NCBI GenBank assembly: GCA_904063045.1
Contig: CAJFCJ010000019.1
Span: forward strand, 1-64,000
Direction: 5' to 3'
From: Dimorphilus gyrociliatus
Lineage: Eukaryota; Animalia; Annelida
Length of the DNA: 64,000 nucleotides
Below, piece by piece: positions 31,401 to 41,700 of the stretch. Position 1 is the first letter of the stretch, and every line of letters begins with the position of its first letter. Under the pieces are notes generated by a model that did no database searches, was not told where the DNA came from, and worked only from the letters and a program-made list of their open reading frames with translations. Both the position numbers and the translations under genes were made by a program.

Positions 31401-33033
31401 AATATCCTCCTAATACATCTCGTTATACGAGAATTTCATTTAGTTTAAGTCGGTAAATAGAAGAAATTGAGAATTTTTGTGCAATAAAGATATAACTCTT
31501 ATACATATATATTATGTAGAGTATTGTAAATATTGTATATTTATGGAAAGATGGCAAGGCTGTTGGGAAAAATACGTTTTCCCTTCTCATTCCGTGACCG
31601 GTTTATTAAAGCGATTGTCTGTAATTCGACTTTGGCACTCGCTCTTCCTCATACCATACTCCTATTTCACTAACCTTTACTTTTCCCTCTCAGACACTTA
31701 GATATAGAGGAAGAGACTGTTAAATTGCCGGAGGTGTAAAATCAACTCGCTAAAAAATTTATGGACTTGAAAATTTTTTTTTGTCGTTAATTTTATGAAC
31801 GTGACGCCGGCGTCTTTTTACTTTATTTGAAATAAAAAAAAAGCAAATTTTAATAGGACCGAGCCGCCGTTTGGAAAACGATAGGCTTCGTTTTATTGAT
31901 TTTTCCTTTCGTTCTCTCCTCTTTCCTTCTCTCGCTCTTTTTTTCCATTTCTTTCTCTCTCTCAGCCTCTCTACCCTATGCTCTCTTACTTTCCACTTTC
32001 TCTCTCTTTTTTGCCTCTCTTACTCATGCTCTCGCTCTTCACAGTCTCAAATCAGTAGAGCATGAAGAACTAACAAATTTCAGCACGATCAACATTCATC
32101 TTAAATATAGAGCGTTTGTCAATTGACAAAGAAGGCTTTTGGCAGATCGGATGAGAAAGTAGGCCTATATGGTTTGGGAAAAAAAAGAGAGCGGTATGGT
32201 CTAGAAAATTGAGAGATAGAAAAGAGGACGAAAGAAAATGAAGAGGAAGCGATAACTTGCTAGTGGAACAAACGAGTCGTGTTCGTAATTAGGCGAATAC
32301 GAGTACCAGACACGCCACTTCAGAACTAACTGATCAAATTTTCTACGTCTGCTACTACCATTCTCTGGGCCGTGATCTGTTTGTAATTTTCCTTCGTTTT
32401 ATTTATCTATATAAGTTTGGAGAGGCTTTCGCGGTAATCAATTTTTGTTTCTAGCTCTCAGCGCTTATGGACAGATGACGGTTTGCTTCTATATTTTTTT
32501 CTTTTCCTTTACCCGATTCATTAATCTATTCATCCATATTAATCAATCAATTTATATATTCACATCCTTCTTTCTATTCTATGGATTATTTTTCAACTCA
32601 TAGCCCCATATCTTCTATCTGTCTTTCAGTCTCACTCTTTCGCTTTTTCGTTCTTTTCTCTCTTTCCTTCTTTCTCTCTCTTTCTTTTACAATTACATAT
32701 ATATATATATATATTTACACGTTTCGTACCGTCACTTTTATCTAATAACGAAATGATAAATGATAATTTGTATTTACCTTAGCTTGGAACGTAATTCCAT
32801 GTTGGAAGGCTTCCTCTGTGGAATAATGTTCTTTTGTTCATTAGAATGCATTAAATAAAATAGAAAAAAACACTGATCGAGATACTATAGGTGAATGTTT
32901 CAAAGATGAGAGAGAAAGGTGAGATGAATCGATATATTCCACAATTATATAATCTTTTACCTGAATGTAGAGGTATCCTTGAGTCATATCCATCGTCCGA
33001 GACTAGATCGTATTGTTGCTTTCGCGTTGGCAT
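25483..33033 (-). CDS. NOS1AP: NOS1AP/CAPON-like PTB-domain adaptor, about 543 aa (exons 33033-32961, 32815-32778, 31229-31158, 27361-27269, 27194-27136, 27062-26954, 26879-26714, 26632-26268, 26204-26052, 25986-25483)
   Basis: [67 protein letters not shown].., [40 protein letters not shown] and the coiled coil [17 protein letters not shown] closely match the CAPON family. The exon 7/8 and 9/10 junctions are less certain. Confidence 0.93.
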
Positions 33034-33673
33034 TATCAACAGTCTTCAGTCGTAAAACATCTTCGTTAGCAAAATTAAGCCTACAATTTTGACAGGTTCG
33101 TCTCCCAATTTCGGAGTATTAAAATGTCAAATCCGATATAATTCGATGACATGAAAAAGTGTGTAAACAAGATAAAAAATAGAGAGTACGCAGGAGAGAC
33201 GCCTGAAACGACGCGCAGAAGCGAAATGTCGATTTCTTATTTTCGTGTAGTGAAGAGAGCAAACGAACCCGTCTGCTAGATAGTCACGTGATTTATGAAA
33301 TGTCGGCCTACGTGTTTGCAGATCGATTCCGATTTCTTTCTATTTCCTTATTTTTTTCCCGCAGTGGTCGTTTGATTTATAGCCGTTTCTGATTTCTAGA
33401 CACTATGTAATTCGATTGTTTGTTGGCCAACGTAATTATGAGCCGCTTATTTAAACAAGCAATAAATTTTTAAAAGGACAGCGCCATCTATTAGGGAAAG
33501 TGTTGTGACAAACTAAATAAAAAATGACCAGTCAAAGACATAAAAAGCAAAAAATGGGCGTTGAGAAGAGGAAATAAAAGAAAATTCAATTTCAGGACGA
33601 ATTCCTTCGTGAATCAGCCCCATAATGATAAATTGTCCTCGAACAACAACAGTAAAAAAGCATAAATCTTCTA

Positions 33674-36124
33674 TCATACTTTCTTTTGGTTGTCGATTTC
33701 GAGCGTTTTCTTGTTTTTTTTCTCGTCCTCTAAAACCCTTCCAACATTTTTTAAAGAGGCCTCCAGAGCGTCGATTATATCGCATAACGACCAATAAAGA
33801 TTAACTGGCGTTGACGTTTGGCAATGAGAAGTGATCTTTTCAAGGCCAAGATTTAGACATAAATCGACAGATTTGATTAAACATCCAAATTGCGTAATAT
33901 CTGGTTCAAAAGAATTCAAGTATCTAGTGCTTTTAGAACATTTATTTATTCTATAGGAATTTGAAAAGTTTAGTGGAATCGGATGAACCCAACAACCATC
34001 AACTAATCGTTGGAAGGCGATATTCGTCAATTTCAAATTATTAACAACCACTAATTTCCGGTGGCATTTGCGAATGAACTTAGCCAGATTAATTAGCATC
34101 TCAATCCATTGCGAATTTTCTATTATAATTCTACCTTGTTTCCTGCTGTCCGTTTCCTTTACTAAAACTATGTCCATAGTTAGAATTTCCATCGTCTCTC
34201 GATTTCCAATAAACTTTGTTACTAATGCAAAAGGTAGAAAATCGTATGATTCTTCCAATTGTAGTAGGCCTATTAATTTAGGTATAAGGAGATGATTGTC
34301 GCTGTCATCTGTAAATAGATAACTTAGAATAGCCGCTTCTTTGAAGACATCCACAATCGCCAAAGCTCCCTTGACATTTTTCTCGTACAACTTTATAGCT
34401 ACTACGTCTCTTTCATTAGACGTCTTTTTAGGTAGGGAATCTGGAATTTTGTAGTTACTATAATAACCCCCAATTATAACAGAGTGCTTGCCGACTCCTA
34501 CTACGGAATCAGTAAATTCAATCGATTCCACGTCGGTGAACTTCAAAAGGGGTAAAGTCCCTAGAAAACCAGTTGTTGGTCTTTCAATATCGATCAGCTT
34601 ATGCATATTACCCATGTACTCCTTCCTAATGTATTCCATCGATCGTTGTCGCCTGGCAATTTGTGGTACGGAAATTTCGTTCTTCCGCCGAGAAGCGTAC
34701 GAGGCTTTTCTATTTAGTTCCTCAATTAATGTTCTCAGTTGGCGTAGAGCGTCCTCTTTTATATCCTCCTCATTTCTTCTGTCAAATGGTTCGACTTGTT
34801 CCCCATTTACCTTATTTGGTAATGGAAGTAACGGAGAAACATGCTTAGTTGGACGCTTTTTAATCGACTTTCCATCGATTACTTTAGCCGATCTCGTATT
34901 ATCCTTGAGCATCTCATTGGTAAACCCTTCAGTACTTTTGACTCTGTTCAAATTCCATTTATGTTTGCCAACATCGGACGTGTAAGTGTATTGTCCCTTA
35001 ATAACCTTTTGAATAATGTCATCTTCCGTTCCCAGCACTTCAATGAGTTTTTCATTTAAATCAAACATATCAATTCTCTTAGCATGAGTCTGCTTTTCTG
35101 CTTTCCTAAACCAAAAATTGGTAAGATAAGGGGGTAGTGTCTCATTGAAACCCTTGTCTGTAATAAAAAAGGGTAGGTGCTGCCTAGAGCATATACGCCT
35201 ATTCTTGTTGCTTGTTATAAACGATAATGGAAATTGTACAGGAAAATTCCTATAAGAGTCTTCTAAGCCTGACTGTAAATTAGTTGATATAGTGATTCCT
35301 TTTTGATTTTCATTCGTTAATGAATTTAAGACTGGGGATACTTCTCCAAGCTTTCTAAAGGCTTTTTCAGAGGATAAGCACTTACTATCTCCCTTTTGTT
35401 TCCAGTTGCTTTTGTCAATTAAGGGTAGATTTGCTTCTATTTCTTTCGACCGCTTTCCATTCTGCAATTCTAGAAAATTTTCCCTTTCAATTTTACTTTC
35501 TAATACCGCCTCTTTTTCTGCTTCTACGACGTTCCTCTTTTCTAATGCGATTACACTGTCAGATCCTAATGCGGTTTTCTTTTGCTTTTGTTCTTCGCCA
35601 ATCTTATTATTCAGCTGCGATTCACTTTTTTTTGCAATTCTCTCATCGCTTATAAGTTCTCTACTATTACTTTTATTCACTGATCTTTTCCCGCTTTGCT
35701 TAACTATTCTCGGTGGTGCGGGAAGCTCGTCAAGGGGCAATTCTTCTAAAGTTGATATAATATCATCCTCTAATCTTAGGTTCCTTCCTGGATTAGGTGT
35801 TATTCGTTCAACTCCTTCAGGCTCTTCACTTAATTGGATTATTTCCTCCGAATCTAAATATCGACGACAAGGGCAACAACCGCAGGACTTTCTTCTCGCC
35901 CTTTTGTTGAAAGAGCTCGTAATCTTTACACTAGAAGTTTTACGAGTTGAAAATATAGGCTGAAAGCTGCCATTAGTTTTATTAATAATTTTCAACTCGG
36001 CATAGTCGTTGTTAATATTCCTAGAATTAGTTGAAATACGTTTACAGCGAATTGATTGACTCTTAGCCCTATAGCGTATATTTTTGGCAAGGGACCTTCT
36101 GTTTGCACTAGACCACCCTTCCAT
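33674..36124 (-). CDS. Intronless 816-aa protein with a C-terminal degenerate protein-kinase-like (pseudokinase) domain
   Basis: Long uninterrupted ORF from an ATG. Kinase landmarks occur in order: VGVGKHSV (Gly loop), VVAIK, KEAAIL (alphaC Glu), PKLIG, VVVNNLKLTNI (in place of HRDLKxxN) and LNFS (in place of DFG). Confidence 0.75.
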   Translation of the reverse strand: MEGWSSANRRSLAKNIRYRAKSQSIRCKRISTNSRNINNDYAELKIINKTNGSFQPIFSTRKTSSVKITSSFNKRARRKSCGCCPCRRYLDSEEIIQLSEEPEGVERITPNPGRNLRLEDDIISTLEELPLDELPAPPRIVKQSGKRSVNKSNSRELISDERIAKKSESQLNNKIGEEQKQKKTALGSDSVIALEKRNVVEAEKEAVLESKIERENFLELQNGKRSKEIEANLPLIDKSNWKQKGDSKCLSSEKAFRKLGEVSPVLNSLTNENQKGITISTNLQSGLEDSYRNFPVQFPLSFITSNKNRRICSRQHLPFFITDKGFNETLPPYLTNFWFRKAEKQTHAKRIDMFDLNEKLIEVLGTEDDIIQKVIKGQYTYTSDVGKHKWNLNRVKSTEGFTNEMLKDNTRSAKVIDGKSIKKRPTKHVSPLLPLPNKVNGEQVEPFDRRNEEDIKEDALRQLRTLIEELNRKASYASRRKNEISVPQIARRQRSMEYIRKEYMGNMHKLIDIERPTTGFLGTLPLLKFTDVESIEFTDSVVGVGKHSVIIGGYYSNYKIPDSLPKKTSNERDVVAIKLYEKNVKGALAIVDVFKEAAILSYLFTDDSDNHLLIPKLIGLLQLEESYDFLPFALVTKFIGNRETMEILTMDIVLVKETDSRKQGRIIIENSQWIEMLINLAKFIRKCHRKLVVVNNLKLTNIAFQRLVDGCWVHPIPLNFSNSYRINKCSKSTRYLNSFEPDITQFGCLIKSVDLCLNLGLEKITSHCQTSTPVNLYWSLCDIIDALEASLKNVGRVLEDEKKNKKTLEIDNQKKV

Positions 36125-36553
36125 AAATTAGCTAATCTTAAGGCTGAAATGAATAATAAATTCAAATAATATGCTCTGACGAGACAAATTATTTAAAGAT
36201 TTATATTACTTGTTCAGCCTATGATGAAAACTATTTGACAGCCAGATGGCACTTAAAAAAAATAGTTCTATGGCCGACTTTTAATTTTCTATTAATATTT
36301 TCTAAAGCAGTAACCCCTGTTAGAGGTTTTAAAATAATAACAAAATTTTAATAAAACAAAATTATTATGAAATTATGTTATTTGTAAATGTTGAGCAATT
36401 GGAATTTTATCGCGTATTAATTTTTATCTGCTGACGTCTTTCCATTCTTTTCGCACTACTTCCGACGGCATTGTAGCCATAGGAGGTTGATTATCGTAAA
36501 ATACGGTAATCTAGCAAGTTTTCGACTTTTACTGTCTGTGTTTACTGTTCACA

Positions 36554-37018
36554 ATTCCACCGAGGCAGGAGAGTAGCCGTTGGGCCAGGGTAAGTTTTTG
36601 TATATTATGTTAAATCTAACCACTCCTAAATGGTGTGCCCATGCTGAAAATGTAGATTAAGCTAAAAAAAGGCATTTTAAAAAAATATTCTCTTATCAAC
36701 TATTAAAAATCATGTCAGAATTTAACATGTATCAATTTCAATAAAACTGGGCTTAAGCAACCTTGAAATTCGACATGAATAGTTCTGCCATGCTGACAGA
36801 ATACACGTGATTCGAATCACGTGATGTCTGGTATTCTGAAACCAGCAAACAGAATCGATATTACCTTATAAAAAATTATATAAACTTCTCTTTTAAATTT
36901 TCAACAGGGAGGTTTCTCAGGTTTCAGCAGATCTGTGTATAACAAGTGTCCGGAAGGAGGGGCACTCTACAGGCTAAAGTTCGATTACAACGCCGAACCT
37001 CCTTGGGATCCCAGCTGA
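36554..37018 (+). other. Non-AUG (ATT/AUU)-initiated spliced uORF (uCC) of ODC, 48 codons, exons 36554-36589 and 36908-37018
   Basis: ACA-ATT-C start context. The peptide is IPPRQESSRWAR|GGFSGFSRSVYNKCPEGGALYRLKFDYNAEPPWDPS*. A phase-0 intron (gtaagt at 36590 to ttttcaacag at 36907) keeps it in frame. The stop lies 67 nt before the ODC ATG, and I see no ATG in the spliced leader. Confidence 0.88.
36804..36823. promoter_or_regulatory. Perfect 20-bp palindrome with two CACGTG E-boxes in ODC intron 1
   Basis: CACGTGATTCGAATCACGTG is its own reverse complement and lies in the 5'-UTR intron 36590-36907. Confidence 0.65.
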
Positions 37019-37085
37019 TATTTGCTAAGGGTTCAAGACTTCAGAATTTATTATAATTACGTGTTTATTAAAGTATCTTAACAAG

Positions 37086-38342
37086 ATGAAGTGTAACTAT
37101 ATGACCGATGTACAAATCGTTGACGATGTCGAAGAGGTAATCGCAGAGAAAATGAAGAATGATAGTGAAGATGCATTCTTCGTTGCTGACTTGAGCGACG
37201 TTGTTAGAAAACTGGACAAGTGGAAGAGACTACTACCACGAGTTGATCCGCACTATGCCGTTAAATGTAACGATGATATATCTATCTTGTCCATGATGGT
37301 GTCTTTGGGCATGGGATTCGATTGCGCCTCCAAAGCTGAAATTGAAAGAATTATAGGCCTAAATGTTGATCCATCCAGAATTATATATGCTAACCCTTGT
37401 AAGCAAAATTCTCACATCAGAATGGCTGCAAAGAATGGCGTATCTTTGACCACATTTGACAATGAAGAAGAATTGTATAAAATTGCAAAGGTTCATCCAG
37501 AGTGTCAACTGGTTCTTAGAATTCTACCTCCCGATGACATAAAAGCGCAATGTCAGTTAGGGATGAAGTACGGAGCTCATCCCAAAAATTGGGAACAATT
37601 ACTCTTGAAGGCCAAAGAGTTAAAATTGAACGTTGTAGGCGTATCTTTCCACGTTGGTAGTGGCTGTTATGAGGCTAAGGCCTTCTCAGCTGCTGTCCGA
37701 ATGGCTCATGACGCTTTTTGCCTGGCAAAAACTCTTGGTTTTGAATTCAATCTACTAGATATTGGCGGAGGCTTTCCTGGGCATGTAGGAGCACCAATAA
37801 CTTTTGAAGAAATTGTTTCAGACCTAAAGCCTACTCTTGATGAACTCTTTCCAGAAGAAAGTGGAATTAGAATAATTGCCGAACCTGGACGCTATTTTGT
37901 AGCATCTGCCCTTACTTTGGTTGTCAACGTGATTGCTAAACGAGAAACAGAAAATGAACAGGGAGAAAAGTCCATAATGTACTATGTCAACGATGGCGTT
38001 TATGGATCATTTAATTGTCTACTCTATGACCATGCTGTAGTAACTCCAGAATTTAAACAAGATTACACGGGTATCAAACATGACTCAAGTGTTTGGGGTC
38101 CAACATGTGATGGCTTAGATTGTCTTAACGAACGTATTCGCTTACCAGAACTTTTCGTTGGTGACTGGCTTGTATACAAAAATATGGGAGCTTATACTAT
38201 GTGCGCTGCATCAAACTTTAATGGAATGCCTAAACCCAACTTATTCTACGTTGTCCTTAATGGAATATACAAGAAACTAAAAAATCCAACTCTGGTTGAT
38301 AATCTTTCACCTCGTACTCCTCTAATTGCTGTCAAAGCTTAA
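37086..38342 (+). CDS. ODC1: Ornithine decarboxylase (418 aa, single coding exon), catalytic residues intact
   Basis: PHYAVKCN (PLP Lys), GFDCAS, FHVGSG, LDIGGGFPG, IAEPGRY, VNDGVYGSFN, WGPTCDGLD (catalytic Cys) and MGAYT. Confidence 0.97.
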   Translation: MKCNYMTDVQIVDDVEEVIAEKMKNDSEDAFFVADLSDVVRKLDKWKRLLPRVDPHYAVKCNDDISILSMMVSLGMGFDCASKAEIERIIGLNVDPSRIIYANPCKQNSHIRMAAKNGVSLTTFDNEEELYKIAKVHPECQLVLRILPPDDIKAQCQLGMKYGAHPKNWEQLLLKAKELKLNVVGVSFHVGSGCYEAKAFSAAVRMAHDAFCLAKTLGFEFNLLDIGGGFPGHVGAPITFEEIVSDLKPTLDELFPEESGIRIIAEPGRYFVASALTLVVNVIAKRETENEQGEKSIMYYVNDGVYGSFNCLLYDHAVVTPEFKQDYTGIKHDSSVWGPTCDGLDCLNERIRLPELFVGDWLVYKNMGAYTMCAASNFNGMPKPNLFYVVLNGIYKKLKNPTLVDNLSPRTPLIAVKA

Positions 38343-38748
38343 ATAATTGTAAATTTTGGTTTGCCTAATTCTTAACCTACTTTTAAATATGCACGTTACA
38401 TATCTATATATATTTTGAAATATATATATACGTATATGATAAGAATTAAAAGAAATTGATTATTTAGTTAAAACAATAAATGACAGTGTTACTCTTTTTT
38501 AAGTAAAAACTAATAGTTTGTATATTTCCGAAAGTATACATTGCTAAAGCAATTGTGTAAAATTGCATAAGAACACATTCAGCAATAAGCGCGACACAGA
38601 AGAGCATGCACATCTATCCAGCAGTTAAGAATAAATAGTAAAATATTCGAAAAATAAACTGTGTCTTAGCATATATTGTTTATAATTAAAAGGCTCTAAT
38701 TACACTTTCAGGAAAATCAACAGCACCAATTTAATAATATTCCTTTTT

Positions 38749-41700
38749 TTAAAAACTCGAACCGTCGCTACTATCATAATCGGCTCGACCATAGCGTTGC
38801 TTATGAATATGCTCAAGCTTCTTTCTAGCCTGTTCCAACTCTTTTTCTTTGACTATTATGTCTTGCTGGGCCATTATTAATTGGGCCATACCGTCAACTC
38901 GACTACTGGAAATATGAACGCTGCTGGTTTCGCAGGTCCATTCGGAATTTTGTGATCTAGCCGCTTGTACGAGATTGTCTGTAGCTCTCTTCACAGCATT
39001 ACCAACCTCTTGAAGACGTTTCATGGCGGTTGAATGTAAGTCTGATTTGACACGGCATGCTAATAATAACTGCGCAGTTGACGAAGCCACAGCTCTGGCT
39101 GCTGATGTCAGATGAGCTTCAGAGCCGGAACCAGCGACAAGGGCCTGAGCTGCCTCGCATAGCCTATGGGCAGCATCGGCTACCATCTTTGCAGCTGATT
39201 GAAGACCTCGTGACCACTGTCCAGTTTCTTCAACCTCGTCACCTGTATCCTGCATGCGCCCTTGACCCACTAATTCCTTCTGAGCAAAGGTCGCTGCCTT
39301 TATCAGTGCTGATGTTGCCTCTATAATGCTTCTAGCGGCCGATAAAATTTGTTCGTCAAATGTCATCGATTCGTCGACGACCTAAAAAGGGAGAAATTAC
39401 CAGTAATGGAGGATAGGAGAGGGTAAGTGGGGAAGTGGGAAAAGGGAGTCTCAAAAAAGGAGGATAACGAGGAAACGAATCGAATTGTCGCTCGCTCGAA
39501 ACGCTACAGGACATGTTCGATACTTGGTGATGTGATAGAGAAACCACCAAATATACCAAACATATCAAGAGGCGTTAAGAAGACTTTGTTAGACTAAAGC
39601 AAGCATTGTATAATTAAGTTATAAAAAAATATATGATAGGTGGCGCGCAGTATGTAGATAAGGTATAGGTAAGTATAAAGTAACAGAAAGGAAGGGACCG
39701 GCGGGGGTTGGGAAAAGGGCAGAAAGCAGTTCATACCTTCGTCTGTTCTCTAGGTTTCAATTGACAAAGCTTTTTTGCTGCCATCTCAATGGCGTTCGAA
39801 GCATTCTGTAACTCATTCTCTGCAACAGTAATTGGATCATCTGGATCTACCCAATCGGAACCTGTTCGGTGAAGAATTAAATAGAAACATAGCGTCTCTG
39901 ATTCGCCCTAGTCAAACATTTCATAAATAAAAACAATTAAAAAAGAAACCACATTAATGCTATTGCTAAATATCGATGACGTGCTAAAAAGTAAAAGAAA
40001 ACAGAGACATCTTTTCGTTCAAAGTGTACAAAAATAAGAGTAAACAACATCTCCAAATACAACAGAGTTTTTATGAGAAACCTGAAAGAGCCATTCTTCT
40101 ATCATCTGGCCCTGAAGTTTTTTGTTTTATTATTTTATTATTTATTTGTTAATGTTATTATTATTTTTATTATTCTCTGACATTAGTGATTAAATCTTAA
40201 TGTTCAGATTGTTTAGGTAAACCATGTTTAGTTGATGCTATGTAAATTTTTTACCGACCTTGAATGGTTTCGGCAGCAGTTACTATTTCAGTTATTGAAC
40301 TGGCAACTCGTTTTGACGTTTCCGCTAGCTGTTTCCTTGGTTCTATGACGCCTGGTTGCTGTAAGACCACGTCCAAGACGGTCAATAATTTGTGATAACT
40401 TTCGGCGCAATTTTTAGCTGCTCTTAACGCTCTTTCCCTTGATTCGCTATCGGAGGCAGAATTGGCCGCGCCCTTAGCTCCTTTTAGGACGTCTATAATT
40501 GCTTTTCTCCCTGCGTTCGCTGCTTCGATAACGTCGGATTGTAAACCGGAATTGCCTGCGGCTACGGCTTTCGCTGTCGCTGATGTAATAGGGCGTGTTA
40601 ACCTTATGAGTTGGTCTGGCGAAATTCTTTGCTCAACGTGCTGAGCTGAAGCGAAATTACGTAATTCAGTTTCAATTGCTGCTTGAGTTGCCTCCAAAGC
40701 TCTAGTTCCTCTGGCTGCTTTATTTTCTACAGTTTTTACAGTCTTTAAAAGTTGGGTTATATTTTCAATCATTTGCTTGGCAGAGTCTTTAAGATATCCA
40801 ACACTTTGTGTGTTTTCATTTCGTCCCACTGCTTGTTTAGTCGCTGATACCAACTCTGATAAGGCAGTCGCTACATCCTTTATGGCATGTAAGAGAAGAG
40901 CTTGTGCTTCCGGTTGGTCGGCACCAAGCGCTGCTGCTCCCCTTTTTACGCAATCCGCTAATTTTGAAATTGTTGTAACTGCTGCTCTTGCGGCATCAGC
41001 AAGTTGTTGCTGTTCGCCTCCAACGCTTCCTACCAATAATTTGGTGTCATCAACGAGCATTCTCGCTGTACGAAGTATGGCATCTCTTTCAGTTTTGAAA
41101 GTTTCACCACCCTTGTCTGGAGCTAAAGTGCCGGCTGTTGCAAACATAATGGTAGTGTCCAAATCGGCGATTAGGCCCGAAACTGTACTAGCTGCATGTA
41201 TACAAGCTTCAGTTCCCCTGGCACCTACCCTCAATTCCCTTAGAACCCTGCCAACTCGTTCAGCAACGACCCTAACGTGCTTGGAGAGCTCGTTTTTGGC
41301 TAGTTGGTCACTGGTATGCGCCGTCACGTTGCCGCCAGCCTGCACAAGATCAATACAAGCAGTTCCTAACTGTTGTATTGCTGATCTTAGGGAAATGGCG
41401 TTTTGTTGACTAGAGCTAGTGGCTACTGCTCCTCGAGATTCTTGGGCTAAAGCAGTAAAATCTCGAGTTATTGAATGGACCAAACCTCCTAAATCCTGAA
41501 CATTTCCATTTACTGTCTTTGCATTCATATCATGTGCACTTCGAACAATAGCTTGTACGAGGTGAACCATTGATGTTTGAAATTGTGCAAAGCTGATATT
41601 TTCACCAACTGCTAAAGGCTCTTCCGTTCTGGATATAGCTTTAGCTATCTGCTCTATCAAGGATGAAACGTGACCGTAAGAAGAGGCTGTATTTTGCAGT

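Noticed and set aside
34488-35963. Plus-strand ORFs of 165 and 185 aa, and similar antisense ORFs over talin (40777-41409, 43876-44184)
   Set aside because: They are antisense shadows of long real coding sequences.
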